Below are positions 1 through 8,554 of a stretch of 64,000 nucleotides of DNA, in pieces. The stretch is from Candidatus Omnitrophota bacterium (GTDB lineage: Bacteria; Omnitrophota; Gorgyraeia; 2-02-FULL-51-18): the NCBI GenBank assembly GCA_016197155.1, contig JACPWF010000036.1:931-64930 (forward strand). The letters are read 5' to 3'. Below the pieces are notes generated by a model. That model made no database searches and was not told the DNA's origin. It saw only the letters and a list, made by a program, of their open reading frames with translations. Each line of letters starts with the position of its first letter. Positions within the stretch are counted from its first letter, which is position 1. Position numbers and translations under genes: made by a program.

Positions 1-453
1 TTTATCGATTTCCGTTACAAGATCATTCCCGATGAGATCACCCTTCCCGGGATGGTCGCGGCCGTCGCGGCCTCGGCGCTGTGGCCGGGGTTGCACGGGG
101 AAACGGTTTGGGTGTGGGGGGTTTTACGGTCCCTGATGGGGCTGGCGGCGGGCGGCGGGATTTTGTGGGCGGCGGGGAGCATCGCCGGGCGGATCCTGAA
201 AAAAGAGGCGATGGGCGGCGGCGACGTGAAACTTTTGGCGATGATCGGCGCGCTTCTGGGGTGGCAGGCGGTTTTGTGGATCGTGTTTATTTCCTCATTT
301 TTGGGGTCGGCGGCCGGGATTTATCTGCGGTTGAAAAAGGGCGAGGCGGAGATCCCCTACGGGCCGTACTTGGCCGCGGCCGCTGTTTTTTATATTTTCT
401 TCGGGAAGGCGCTGGTGCAGGGGTACCTGAATTTTTTTGCGAGAGGAGCGTGA
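1..453 (+). CDS. pilD: Type IV prepilin peptidase (A24 family), C-terminal part; the 5' end lies outside the window
   Basis: Translation from position 1 reads FIDFRYKIIPDEITLPGMVAA...GGGDVKLLAMIGALLGW, typical of the PilD C-terminal membrane domain. TGA stop at 451-453. Confidence 0.75.
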   Translation, partial: FIDFRYKIIPDEITLPGMVAAVAASALWPGLHGETVWVWGVLRSLMGLAAGGGILWAAGSIAGRILKKEAMGGGDVKLLAMIGALLGWQAVLWIVFISSFLGSAAGIYLRLKKGEAEIPYGPYLAAAAVFYIFFGKALVQGYLNFFARGA

Positions 454-457
454 AACG

Positions 458-1582
458 ATGCTACGATTTCTGACGGGTGGCGAGTCGCACGGGAAGTGCC
501 TCGTGGCGATTTTGGAGGGCATGGTCGCGGGGCTTCGGGTCCGCGCGGAGGAAATTAATCTTGAGCTCGCGCGCCGCCAGGCCGGCTATGGCCGCGGCGG
601 GCGGATGGCGATCGAAAAGGACGCGGTTGAGATTTTATCCGGCGTGCGGGGCGAACGCACGATCGGCGGGCCGATCGCGCTTTTGATCCCCAACAAGGAT
701 TTTAAAATCAATGAACTGCCGGTCGTCAAGCGTCCGCGGCCGGGGCACGCGGATCTTGTGGGCGCCTTGAAGTACGGCCGCGAGGATGTCCGCGATGTTT
801 TGGAGCGCGCCAGCGCCCGCGAAACCGCCGCGCGCACGGCCGTGGGGGCCGTGTGCAAGTGTTTTTTAAGGGAATTCGGCGTCGAGATTTTGAGCCACGT
901 CGTCTCTGTCGGCGGGGTGACGGCCGACACCGCCGGGATGAGTTTTGACGAGATCCGGGAGGCCTCGGAGGGTTCGCCGGTGCGCACGGCGGACAAGCGC
1001 GCGGAAAAAAAGATGATCGCGCGCATCGACGAGGCGAAAGGGGCGCGGGACACGATCGGCGGGATCTTCGAGGTCGTCGCGCGCGGGGTGCCGGCGGGGT
1101 TGGGAAGTTTCGTGCACTACGACCGGCGGCTCGGGGCGCGGCTCGGGGCGGCGCTTTTGTCGATCCAGGCGGTGAAGGCCGTCGAGATCGGAATGGGTTT
1201 CAAGGTTTCCGAGACGCTCGGAAAAAACGTGCACGACGAGATTTTTTACGAAAAGAAAAAAGGCTTCTACCGGAAAACCAACCGCGCCGGGGGGCTCGAG
1301 GGCGGGATGACCAACGGCGAGAACCTTGTGCTGCGCGCGGCGACCAAACCCTACGCGACGCTCATGAGCCCGCTGCAATCGGTGCACATCGGCACGAAGG
1401 AAAAAGAGGTCGCGACGGTCGAGCGTTCGGACGTGACGGCCGTGCCCGCCTGCGGCGTCGTGGGCGAGGCGATGATCGCGTTTACGCTGGCAGAGAGTTT
1501 TCTCGAGAAATTCGGCGGCGACAGCCTGGGCGAAACTTCAAGAAATTTCAAAGGCTACCTGAAACAGCTTGAGCAATTTTAA
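458..1582 (+). CDS. aroC: Chorismate synthase
   Basis: MLRFLTGGESHGKCLVAILEGMVAGL... spans the full length of chorismate synthase. ATG at 458 follows a GAGAGGAG ribosome-binding site; the tabulated ORF start at 437 is an upstream TTG. Confidence 0.93.
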   Translation: MLRFLTGGESHGKCLVAILEGMVAGLRVRAEEINLELARRQAGYGRGGRMAIEKDAVEILSGVRGERTIGGPIALLIPNKDFKINELPVVKRPRPGHADLVGALKYGREDVRDVLERASARETAARTAVGAVCKCFLREFGVEILSHVVSVGGVTADTAGMSFDEIREASEGSPVRTADKRAEKKMIARIDEAKGARDTIGGIFEVVARGVPAGLGSFVHYDRRLGARLGAALLSIQAVKAVEIGMGFKVSETLGKNVHDEIFYEKKKGFYRKTNRAGGLEGGMTNGENLVLRAATKPYATLMSPLQSVHIGTKEKEVATVERSDVTAVPACGVVGEAMIAFTLAESFLEKFGGDSLGETSRNFKGYLKQLEQF

Positions 1583-2093
1583 AAAAAATATCGTGCTCAT
1601 CGGATTCATGGGGACGGGAAAGACGAGCGTGGGCAAGATCCTCGCCCGCGAGCTCGACCGTCCGCTCGTGGACGTCGATCAGGCGATCGAGGAAAAAGAA
1701 AAAAGAAAGATCGCCGAAATTTTCGAAAAAAGCGGCGAGGCCTATTTCAGGGCCGTTGAGAAAGAGGCCGTCCGCGAGGCGGCCGTCCGGGAGTCCGTCG
1801 TGATCACGACCGGGGGCGGCGCGGTCCTCGACCCCGAGAATCTTGACGCGCTCCGGAGAAACGGGACGCTCATCGCCCTCTCCGCGAAACCCGAGACGAT
1901 TTATGAAAGGGTGAAAAATTCCCGGCACCGCCCGCTTTTGAAAGGAGAGGACCTTTTGGCGCAGATCCAAAAACTTTTGGAGATCCGAAAACCCCATTAC
2001 GAAAAGGCGGACCTGACGCTCGACACCGACGGTCAAACGTCCGCCGAGGTCGCCGCGCGCATTTTGAAGAGGCTTTCCCAAAATGAGGAATGA
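1569..2093 (+). CDS. aroK: Shikimate kinase
   Basis: 174 aa with a P-loop (GFMGTGKTSVGK) and the shikimate kinase fold. Overlaps the 3' end of aroC. Confidence 0.9.
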   Translation: MSNFKKNIVLIGFMGTGKTSVGKILARELDRPLVDVDQAIEEKEKRKIAEIFEKSGEAYFRAVEKEAVREAAVRESVVITTGGGAVLDPENLDALRRNGTLIALSAKPETIYERVKNSRHRPLLKGEDLLAQIQKLLEIRKPHYEKADLTLDTDGQTSAEVAARILKRLSQNEE

Positions 2094-3177
2094 CCCAAAC
2101 GAACTTCGCGAGATCCTGGCCCTCAGCCTCGTGAAAAATATGGGGCCCGTGGCGTTTAAGCGCTTGCTCGAAACGTTCGGAAGCGTCTCGGCGATCTTTC
2201 GGGCGCCGGTCCCGGCGCTTCGCAAGGTGAAGGGCGCCCGGCGCGCGGCGCTCGAAGCATTGAAAGATCCCTCGCTTTTCAAAAAGGCCGACGCGGAAAT
2301 CAAAAAAGCCAATGACGCGGGTGTCGAGATTCTTTCTTTTTTTGACACGCGTTATCCGGAGGAATTGAAAGAAATTTACGACCCGCCGATCCTGCTTTAC
2401 GTGAAAGGCTCTCTGGAAGGGGACGCGCCGCGGATCGCCGTGGTGGGTTCGCGCTCGACCTCGATCTACGGGCGCGAGACGACCAGGCGCCTTTCGCGGG
2501 AATTGGCCGCGGCGGGGCTTGTCGTCGTGAGCGGTTTGGCCGAGGGCATTGACACGGCCGCGCACGAAGGGGCGCTGGAGGGCCGGGGCCGGACCTTCGC
2601 GGTTTTGGGGGGCGGCCTTTCAAGGATTTATCCGAAGGCGAATGAAAAATTGGCACAGCGCATCTGTCAAAACGGGGCCCTCCTCTCGGAATACCCGATG
2701 GAGATGGCGCCGCTCCCTCAATATTTTCCCGTCCGAAACCGCCTCATCAGCGGCCTTTCGCGCGCGGTGCTCGTCATCGAGGCGCGTAAAAACAGCGGGG
2801 CGCTCATCACCGCGGACGCCGCGCTTGAGCAGGGGCGCGAGGTGTTTGCGGTGCCGGGCAATATCGATTCGATCCGGTCCGAGGGCACGAATAGTTTGCT
2901 CCGGGACGGCGCCAAACTCGTCACCTCGGCGGCGGATATTTTGGACGAATGGAAATGGAGGCCGGGGGAAACCGTTTCCGAGAAACGCCTTCCCCGTCCG
3001 CCGCTCGAACCCGCCGAGAAAAAACTTTTATCGCTTTTGGACGCCCAGTCCCTGCAGATCGAGACCCTCATCGAGGAAAGCCGCCTGCCGGTGAATCAGG
3101 CGCTGTCGCTTCTCTCCGTCATGGAAATGAAGGGGCTCGTGAAAGAACTTCCCGGAAAGCATTACGCCAAAAAATGA
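2083..3177 (+). CDS. dprA: DNA processing protein DprA (Smf)
   Basis: 364 aa with a Rossmann-like DprA core (GIDTAAHEGALEGRGRTFAVLGGGLSRIYP) and a C-terminal winged-helix region. Confidence 0.88.
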   Translation: MRNDPNELREILALSLVKNMGPVAFKRLLETFGSVSAIFRAPVPALRKVKGARRAALEALKDPSLFKKADAEIKKANDAGVEILSFFDTRYPEELKEIYDPPILLYVKGSLEGDAPRIAVVGSRSTSIYGRETTRRLSRELAAAGLVVVSGLAEGIDTAAHEGALEGRGRTFAVLGGGLSRIYPKANEKLAQRICQNGALLSEYPMEMAPLPQYFPVRNRLISGLSRAVLVIEARKNSGALITADAALEQGREVFAVPGNIDSIRSEGTNSLLRDGAKLVTSAADILDEWKWRPGETVSEKRLPRPPLEPAEKKLLSLLDAQSLQIETLIEESRLPVNQALSLLSVMEMKGLVKELPGKHYAKK

Positions 3178-5438
3178 CGACCCTTTACACCCCGATCACG
3201 ATCCGGTTAAACGGCGAAAAAAAAGTTTTGGAAAAATCTTTTTCGCTCGACGGGCTTCTGGCGGAATTGTCCATTCCCAAAGAGCGCGTGGCCGTGGAGC
3301 TGAACGGGACGATCCTTTCGAAAGAGGAGCTTCGGGAAAAAATATTGAAAGCCAATGACGAAGTCGAGATCGTGCATTTTGTCGGCGGCGGCGCGAAGGC
3401 GAGCGAAGCGGGGGGCCTTGTGATCGTCGAGTCGCCCGCCAAATGCAAAACGATTCACAAGTATCTGGGGCCCGACTTCGAGGTCACCGCGTCGATGGGC
3501 CACATCATCGATCTGCCGAAAAGTAAAATGGGCATCGACATCGGGCACGATTTCAAACCGCAGTACATCGTGATGCGCGACAAGAAAAAAACGCTTTCGG
3601 ACCTAAAGGAAAAAGCGAAGAAAAAAGAGCGGATCTATCTCGCCTGCGACCCCGACCGCGAAGGGGAGGCGATCAGCTGGCACTTGAAGGAGGAACTGGG
3701 CCGCGGCAAGAAAGTCTCGCGCGTCGTGTTCAACGAAATCACCCAGGAGGCCGTCCGAAAAGCGTTTGAGCGGCCGAAGGACATTGACATGAACCTGGTC
3801 GATGCCCAGCAGGCGCGCCGCGTCGTCGACCGGCTTGTGGGTTATTCCCTGAGCCCGCTTTTATGGCAAAAGGTGGGCAAGGGCCTTTCGGCCGGCCGCG
3901 TGCAGTCGGTGGCCCTGCGCCTGGTCGTCGACCGCGAAAGGCAGATCCGGGCGTTTGTCCCCGAGGAATACTGGTCCATCGAGGCCGAGCTTAAGAAAAA
4001 AACGGGCGGCCACCCTTCTTTCATTGCCAAGCTTGAAAAAATCGGCGGCGAAAAGGCCTCGATCGCCGCGCGCGAAAAAGCCGAAGCGGTTTTGGCGCGC
4101 GCCAAGAACGAGCCGTTCGTTGTCCGGGAAATTAAAAAGCAAAAAAAGAAAAGAAACCCTTTCCCGCCGTACACGACGAGCAAGCTTCAGCAGGCCGCCT
4201 ACAACGTCCTGCGTTTTCCGGCCTCTAAAACGATGCGCGTCGCCCAGATGCTTTACGAGGGCGTCGATGTCGGCTCCGAGGGCAGTGCGGGCCTCATCAC
4301 GTACATGCGCACGGATTCGGTGCGCGTGTCGGAGGGCGCCTTGAAGGAGGTCCGCCAGTTCATTTCCAAAAATTACGGAAAAAATTACCTGCCGCCGGCG
4401 CCGAATATTTACAAATCCAAAAAACAGGCCCAAGAGGCGCACGAGGCGATCCGCCCGACGGCCGTTTCGCGGCGGCCGAAAGACATCGAGCAATATCTGA
4501 CGCCAGATCAATTTAAATTGTACTCGCTCATCTGGGAACAATTTGTCTCAAGCCAAATGATGCCGGGCATTCTCGCGCAGGAGACCGCGGACATCGCGGC
4601 CGGGGACTGCCTCTTTCGCGCCACGGGAAGCCGCGTGGAATTTCCGGGGTGCCTCGCCGCATTCGGCCGCAAAGAGGAAGAGGACAGCCCACTCCCGCCG
4701 CTGGCTGAGGGCGAAACGCTGGTTCTCATTAAAATCGAGCCGCATCAGCATTTCACCAAACCCCCGGCGCGTTTCACCGACGCGTCGCTCGTGAAGGCGC
4801 TCGAGGAAAAAGGGATCGGGCGCCCCTCGACGTACGCGCCGATCATTCTGACGCTCACCAGCCGCGACTACATCCGGCGCGAGGGCGGGAGCCTCGTCCC
4901 GACGGAGCTGGGGATCCTCGTGACGGACCTGCTCGTCAAATATTTCGCGAAGCTCATGGATTTTGAGTTCACGGCGAACATGGAGGAGGAGCTGGATCTC
5001 ATCGAGGAAGGAAAAACCGAATGGGTGGGGGTGGTGCGCGGGTTTTACGGCTCGTTCAGCGGCCAGCTCGATTTTGCCAAAGACAAAATGGAAACGGTGA
5101 AAAAAGAAAACGAGCCGACGAATGAAGTTTGCGAAAAATGCGGGAAGCCCATGGTCATCAAGTGGGGCCGGCACGGGCGCTTCGTGAGTTGTTCGGGTTG
5201 GCCCGATTGCAAGAATGCCAAATCCCTTTCGACCGGCGTGGCCTGTCCTCAATGCGGCAAAGGCCAGCTCGTGCGCCGCAAGGCCAAAAGCGGCCGCGGC
5301 CGCTCCTTTTACGGCTGTACGGCTTATCCCGACTGCACTTACATCGCCAATCGCCTACCCTCCGAAGCTTCAGCGAAGGAGGGCACGCCCTCGGCGCCTC
5401 TGGCGGCCGTATCCGGAAACGATCCCGGCGATGGATAG
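3174..5438 (+). CDS. topA: DNA topoisomerase I with an in-frame N-terminal ThiS/MoaD-like beta-grasp domain
   Basis: ATG at 3174 overlaps the dprA stop (ATGA). Residues 1-73 (ITIRLNGEKK...AVELNGTILSKEEL...NDEVEIVHFVGGG) look like the sulfur carrier ThiS and end in GGG. An 8-aa linker follows, then the canonical TopA start LVIVESPAKCKTI, the Toprim and catalytic domains, and C-terminal zinc ribbons (CEKCGK...CPQCGKG). The ORF-track start at 2949 lies inside dprA and was rejected. Confidence 0.88.
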   Translation: MTTLYTPITIRLNGEKKVLEKSFSLDGLLAELSIPKERVAVELNGTILSKEELREKILKANDEVEIVHFVGGGAKASEAGGLVIVESPAKCKTIHKYLGPDFEVTASMGHIIDLPKSKMGIDIGHDFKPQYIVMRDKKKTLSDLKEKAKKKERIYLACDPDREGEAISWHLKEELGRGKKVSRVVFNEITQEAVRKAFERPKDIDMNLVDAQQARRVVDRLVGYSLSPLLWQKVGKGLSAGRVQSVALRLVVDRERQIRAFVPEEYWSIEAELKKKTGGHPSFIAKLEKIGGEKASIAAREKAEAVLARAKNEPFVVREIKKQKKKRNPFPPYTTSKLQQAAYNVLRFPASKTMRVAQMLYEGVDVGSEGSAGLITYMRTDSVRVSEGALKEVRQFISKNYGKNYLPPAPNIYKSKKQAQEAHEAIRPTAVSRRPKDIEQYLTPDQFKLYSLIWEQFVSSQMMPGILAQETADIAAGDCLFRATGSRVEFPGCLAAFGRKEEEDSPLPPLAEGETLVLIKIEPHQHFTKPPARFTDASLVKALEEKGIGRPSTYAPIILTLTSRDYIRREGGSLVPTELGILVTDLLVKYFAKLMDFEFTANMEEELDLIEEGKTEWVGVVRGFYGSFSGQLDFAKDKMETVKKENEPTNEVCEKCGKPMVIKWGRHGRFVSCSGWPDCKNAKSLSTGVACPQCGKGQLVRRKAKSGRGRSFYGCTAYPDCTYIANRLPSEASAKEGTPSAPLAAVSGNDPGDG
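5358..5383. repeat. 26-nt exact repeat, copy 1 (CCCTCCGAAGCTTCAGCGAAGGAGGG), in-frame inside topA
   Basis: Identical 26-mer also at 14689-14714. It contains the 8-nt palindrome GAAGCTTC flanked by the inverted arms CCCTCC/GGAGGG. In topA it encodes PSEASAKEG. Confidence 0.6.
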
Positions 5439-6312
5439 GCATTTTGAAAAATTTTTAAAATATCTCGGGACCGAAAAAAATTATTCCCGGCACACGCTGA
5501 CGGGCTACGCCGCCGACCTCCGGGAGTTTTACTCGTTTTTGGGAAATCTGCGCCTTCCGGACGTGGAGATCATTTTCCTGAGACGGTATCTGGCGCATTT
5601 GAAGGAAAGAAATCTTTCAAAAAGGACCGTCGCGCGGCGCATGGCGGCCCTCAGGACTTTTTTCCGTTTTTTGACGCGGGAGGGATTCTTAAAGAAAAAT
5701 CCGATCGGGCTTTTGTCGAGCCCGAAGCTTGAGAAAAAACTCCCGATGGTTTTGGATGAAAATGAGGTCACGCGTCTTTTGGAGTCGCCGGAGGATGATT
5801 TGGCCGGGCGCCGGGACAGGGCGATCTTGGAAACGCTGTACTCGGCGGGCCTGCGCGTTTCGGAACTGGTGGGGCTCGATGTGGACGCGGTCGATTTTAT
5901 CGGCGGGGTCTGCCGCGTGTGGGGCAAGGGCCGGAAAGAGCGCCTGTGTCCGGTCGGGGACAGGGCCCTGTCGAGCATCCGGCGGTACCTCGAGATCCGG
6001 CGCAAGGCCTCGAAAAAAAATGAGAAAGCGCTTTTTTTGAACCATTCGCCGCATGAGCGCGGGTCGCGGCTCACGGACCGGAGTGTCAGGCGCATTTTGG
6101 ACAAATACATCGAGCGGACCTCGCGGCGCGAAGACGTCTCGCCGCACACCCTGCGCCATTCCTTCGCGACGCATCTTTTGAATCGCGGCGCGGACCTGCG
6201 GTCGGTTCAGGAACTGTTGGGGCATGAGAATCTGTCCACCACGCAGATTTATACGCACGTGTCCACTTCGCGTTTGAAAGAGGCGTACGACAAGGCGCAC
6301 CCGAGGGCCTGA
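5431..6312 (+). CDS. xerC: Tyrosine recombinase XerC/XerD
   Basis: MDRHFEKFLKYLGTEKNYSRHTLTGYAADL... with the C-terminal catalytic motifs RHSFATHLL...LGHENLSTTQIYTHV. ATG at 5431 overlaps the topA stop. The ORF-track start at 5215 lies inside topA and was rejected. Confidence 0.85.
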   Translation: MDRHFEKFLKYLGTEKNYSRHTLTGYAADLREFYSFLGNLRLPDVEIIFLRRYLAHLKERNLSKRTVARRMAALRTFFRFLTREGFLKKNPIGLLSSPKLEKKLPMVLDENEVTRLLESPEDDLAGRRDRAILETLYSAGLRVSELVGLDVDAVDFIGGVCRVWGKGRKERLCPVGDRALSSIRRYLEIRRKASKKNEKALFLNHSPHERGSRLTDRSVRRILDKYIERTSRREDVSPHTLRHSFATHLLNRGADLRSVQELLGHENLSTTQIYTHVSTSRLKEAYDKAHPRA

Positions 6313-7577
6313 TGCGGTTTTTATACGACATTTTTTTTCTCGTCTTTGCCGTGGGCTACCTGCCGTTTTTTTTGGCGAAGGGCAAACACCGCGGCGGCTT
6401 TCTCGAGCGTTTGGGAATTTTACCGGCTAGCGTCCGGCGGAAGGCGGCCGGCAGGGAAACCGTTTGGATCCACGGCGTTTCCGTGGGAGAGGTCACCCTG
6501 GCCGTGCGGCTGGGAAAGGAACTGAAGGCCGTTTTTCCGGGGACGCCCTTTATTTTCACGACGACCACGCCCGCGGGAAAACAGGTCGCCGAAAAATTAA
6601 AAGACCCCGGGGACACGGTGCTGTATTTTCCGGTTGATTTCCGGTTTTGCGTCCGCCGGTTTATCCGGAATGTCCGGCCAAGGCTCGTGATGATCGTGGA
6701 AACCGAGATTTGGCCGAACCTGATTTGGGAATTGTCGAACAAAGCTGTGCCGATGGTCCTTGTGAATGGTAGAATCTCTGACAAGGCCTTTCGGCGCTAC
6801 CGCCGTTTCGTGTTTTTTTTGGGGCCGCTCTTGCGACGCTTTTCGGGCATCGGCGCGCAGGACGAGACGATGCGCGCGCGTTTCGTGGAACTGGGCGCGG
6901 ATCCCGCGCGCGTGAAGGTGACGGGCAATTTGAAAGGGGACTGGCGCCCTCCGGACGACAAGGCCCCCGCGACGGCGGATTTGAAGGGTCTCACGAAGGC
7001 GCGCGGGTGGTTTTTGTGCATTGCCGGCAGCACGCACGAAGGCGAGGAGAAAATTTTATTTGAGCTGGCCGGGCGCCTCCGTAAAAAACGGCCGAACTTC
7101 CGGCTTTTGGTCGCGCCGCGCCATCTGCATCGCCTGTCCGCGATCGAGGCCGAGGCCGGGAAAAACGGACTCGTTCATAAAAGCTTGAGCGATTTTTTGA
7201 AAAATTCCGCAAATGGCCGCGACGCCGATGTGATCTTGCTGGATGAGATGGGGTTACTCGGCGCGCTTTATGAGGCGGCGGACCTGGTGTTTATCGGCGG
7301 CAGTCTCGTGCCGGTCGGGGGGCATAATCCCGTGGAGCCCGCCTATTTCGGGAAGCCGATCGTGTTCGGCCCTTTTATGGATAATTTCAAAGAAATGGCG
7401 CAGGCCTTTAAACAGGCCGGGGCGGGGGTCGAGTCCTCCGCGGAAAATTTGGAATCCGAGATCGCGTTTTTGATGGACCATCCGGAAAAACGCGCCGCGC
7501 TCGGTGAAAACGCGAAACACTGGGTGAGCCGGCAGGCCGGCGCCATTCAAAAAAATATAGAGGTTTTTCTAAAATGA
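6312..7577 (+). CDS. waaA: 3-deoxy-D-manno-octulosonic acid (Kdo) transferase
   Basis: 421 aa with an N-terminal membrane anchor and the Kdo transferase family signature (WIHGVSVGEV). Confidence 0.88.
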   Translation: MRFLYDIFFLVFAVGYLPFFLAKGKHRGGFLERLGILPASVRRKAAGRETVWIHGVSVGEVTLAVRLGKELKAVFPGTPFIFTTTTPAGKQVAEKLKDPGDTVLYFPVDFRFCVRRFIRNVRPRLVMIVETEIWPNLIWELSNKAVPMVLVNGRISDKAFRRYRRFVFFLGPLLRRFSGIGAQDETMRARFVELGADPARVKVTGNLKGDWRPPDDKAPATADLKGLTKARGWFLCIAGSTHEGEEKILFELAGRLRKKRPNFRLLVAPRHLHRLSAIEAEAGKNGLVHKSLSDFLKNSANGRDADVILLDEMGLLGALYEAADLVFIGGSLVPVGGHNPVEPAYFGKPIVFGPFMDNFKEMAQAFKQAGAGVESSAENLESEIAFLMDHPEKRAALGENAKHWVSRQAGAIQKNIEVFLK

Positions 7578-8554
7578 AAAAAATCATCGGCTCGTTTTTG
7601 TCGGGAATTTATTATGCCGCGCTCGTCGTGAGCCAGGCGAGCTACCGTTGGCTCCCGTTCCGGATCCGAAAGGTCCCCGCGAAGGTGATCAGCATCGGCA
7701 ATCTCACCTGGGGCGGAACGGGAAAGACGCCGCTCGTCGTGAAGCTGGCCCGGGACATGGCCTATTACGGCAAAAAAGTCGCGGTCCTCGTGCGCGGCTA
7801 CGGAAAGGACGAAGTCGCGGAGCTGAAGAAAAATCTTCCGAATATCCCCGTGATCGTGGGAAAAAACAGGGCCCGTTCCGCCAGGCAGGCGATCCGCCGC
7901 CACGGCGCCGAGGTCCTCATTTTGGACGACGGATTCCAGCACATCCGTCTTCACCGCGATCTCGACATCGTGAACATCAACTCGGTCCTGCCGTTCGGCA
8001 ACGGAAAACTCATCCCGCAGGGGATCTTGCGGGAGCCGGTCGCGCATTTGCGCCGCGCGCATCTTTTTGTCCTGACCAAAAGCAACATCGGCTCGAAAAA
8101 CGTTCACTGGATCCGCCAAAAACTTCTCGAGGTCAAACCCCACGCGCCGATCTTTGAGGCGGTGCACAAGCCCATGCGGTTTTTGGACGCGCTGAAAGGG
8201 CGGACCGTGACGCTCGGCGAGATGAAGGGCCGCCGCGTGGCCACGCTTTCCGGGATCGGCGACCCGTATTCGTTCGAGAAAACCGTCGAAAATCTCGGCA
8301 ACGAGATCGTGCTGGCCGCGCGCTTTGACGACCACCACGCGTACACGCGCAGGGAACTCGGCGATTTTTTTGACCGCTGCCGAAAGGCCGGCGTCAGGGA
8401 GATCGTGACGACCGAAAAGGATTTTTTCCGGATCGATCCGCTGATCAAAAATGAAAAGAGGCCGAATCGGGAGGGCCTGTCCATTTTGGTTCTGCAAATT
8501 GAGTTTCAAGTCCATGATGAAGAAGATTTCCTTCGAAGATGCCTTAATCCTTAA
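7574..8554 (+). CDS. lpxK: Tetraacyldisaccharide 4'-kinase
   Basis: 326 aa with P-loop GNLTWGGTGKTP and full-length LpxK similarity. Confidence 0.88.
   Translation: MKKIIGSFLSGIYYAALVVSQASYRWLPFRIRKVPAKVISIGNLTWGGTGKTPLVVKLARDMAYYGKKVAVLVRGYGKDEVAELKKNLPNIPVIVGKNRARSARQAIRRHGAEVLILDDGFQHIRLHRDLDIVNINSVLPFGNGKLIPQGILREPVAHLRRAHLFVLTKSNIGSKNVHWIRQKLLEVKPHAPIFEAVHKPMRFLDALKGRTVTLGEMKGRRVATLSGIGDPYSFEKTVENLGNEIVLAARFDDHHAYTRRELGDFFDRCRKAGVREIVTTEKDFFRIDPLIKNEKRPNREGLSILVLQIEFQVHDEEDFLRRCLNP

Noticed and set aside
3417-3422. Separate thiS gene followed by topA starting at GTG 3420
   Set aside because: There is no stop codon between the ThiS-like GGG and the TopA core. The reading frame is continuous from ATG 3174, so the two are fused as sequenced. 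Internal initiation at 3420 remains possible and is mentioned in the finding.
5358-5383. The 26-nt repeat as a cloning or linker artefact, because it contains an AAGCTT hexamer
   Set aside because: Both copies are embedded seamlessly in-frame in long native ORFs with native flanking sequence and no vector-like sequence around them. An artefact cannot be excluded without reads, so it is kept as a finding rather than dismissed.
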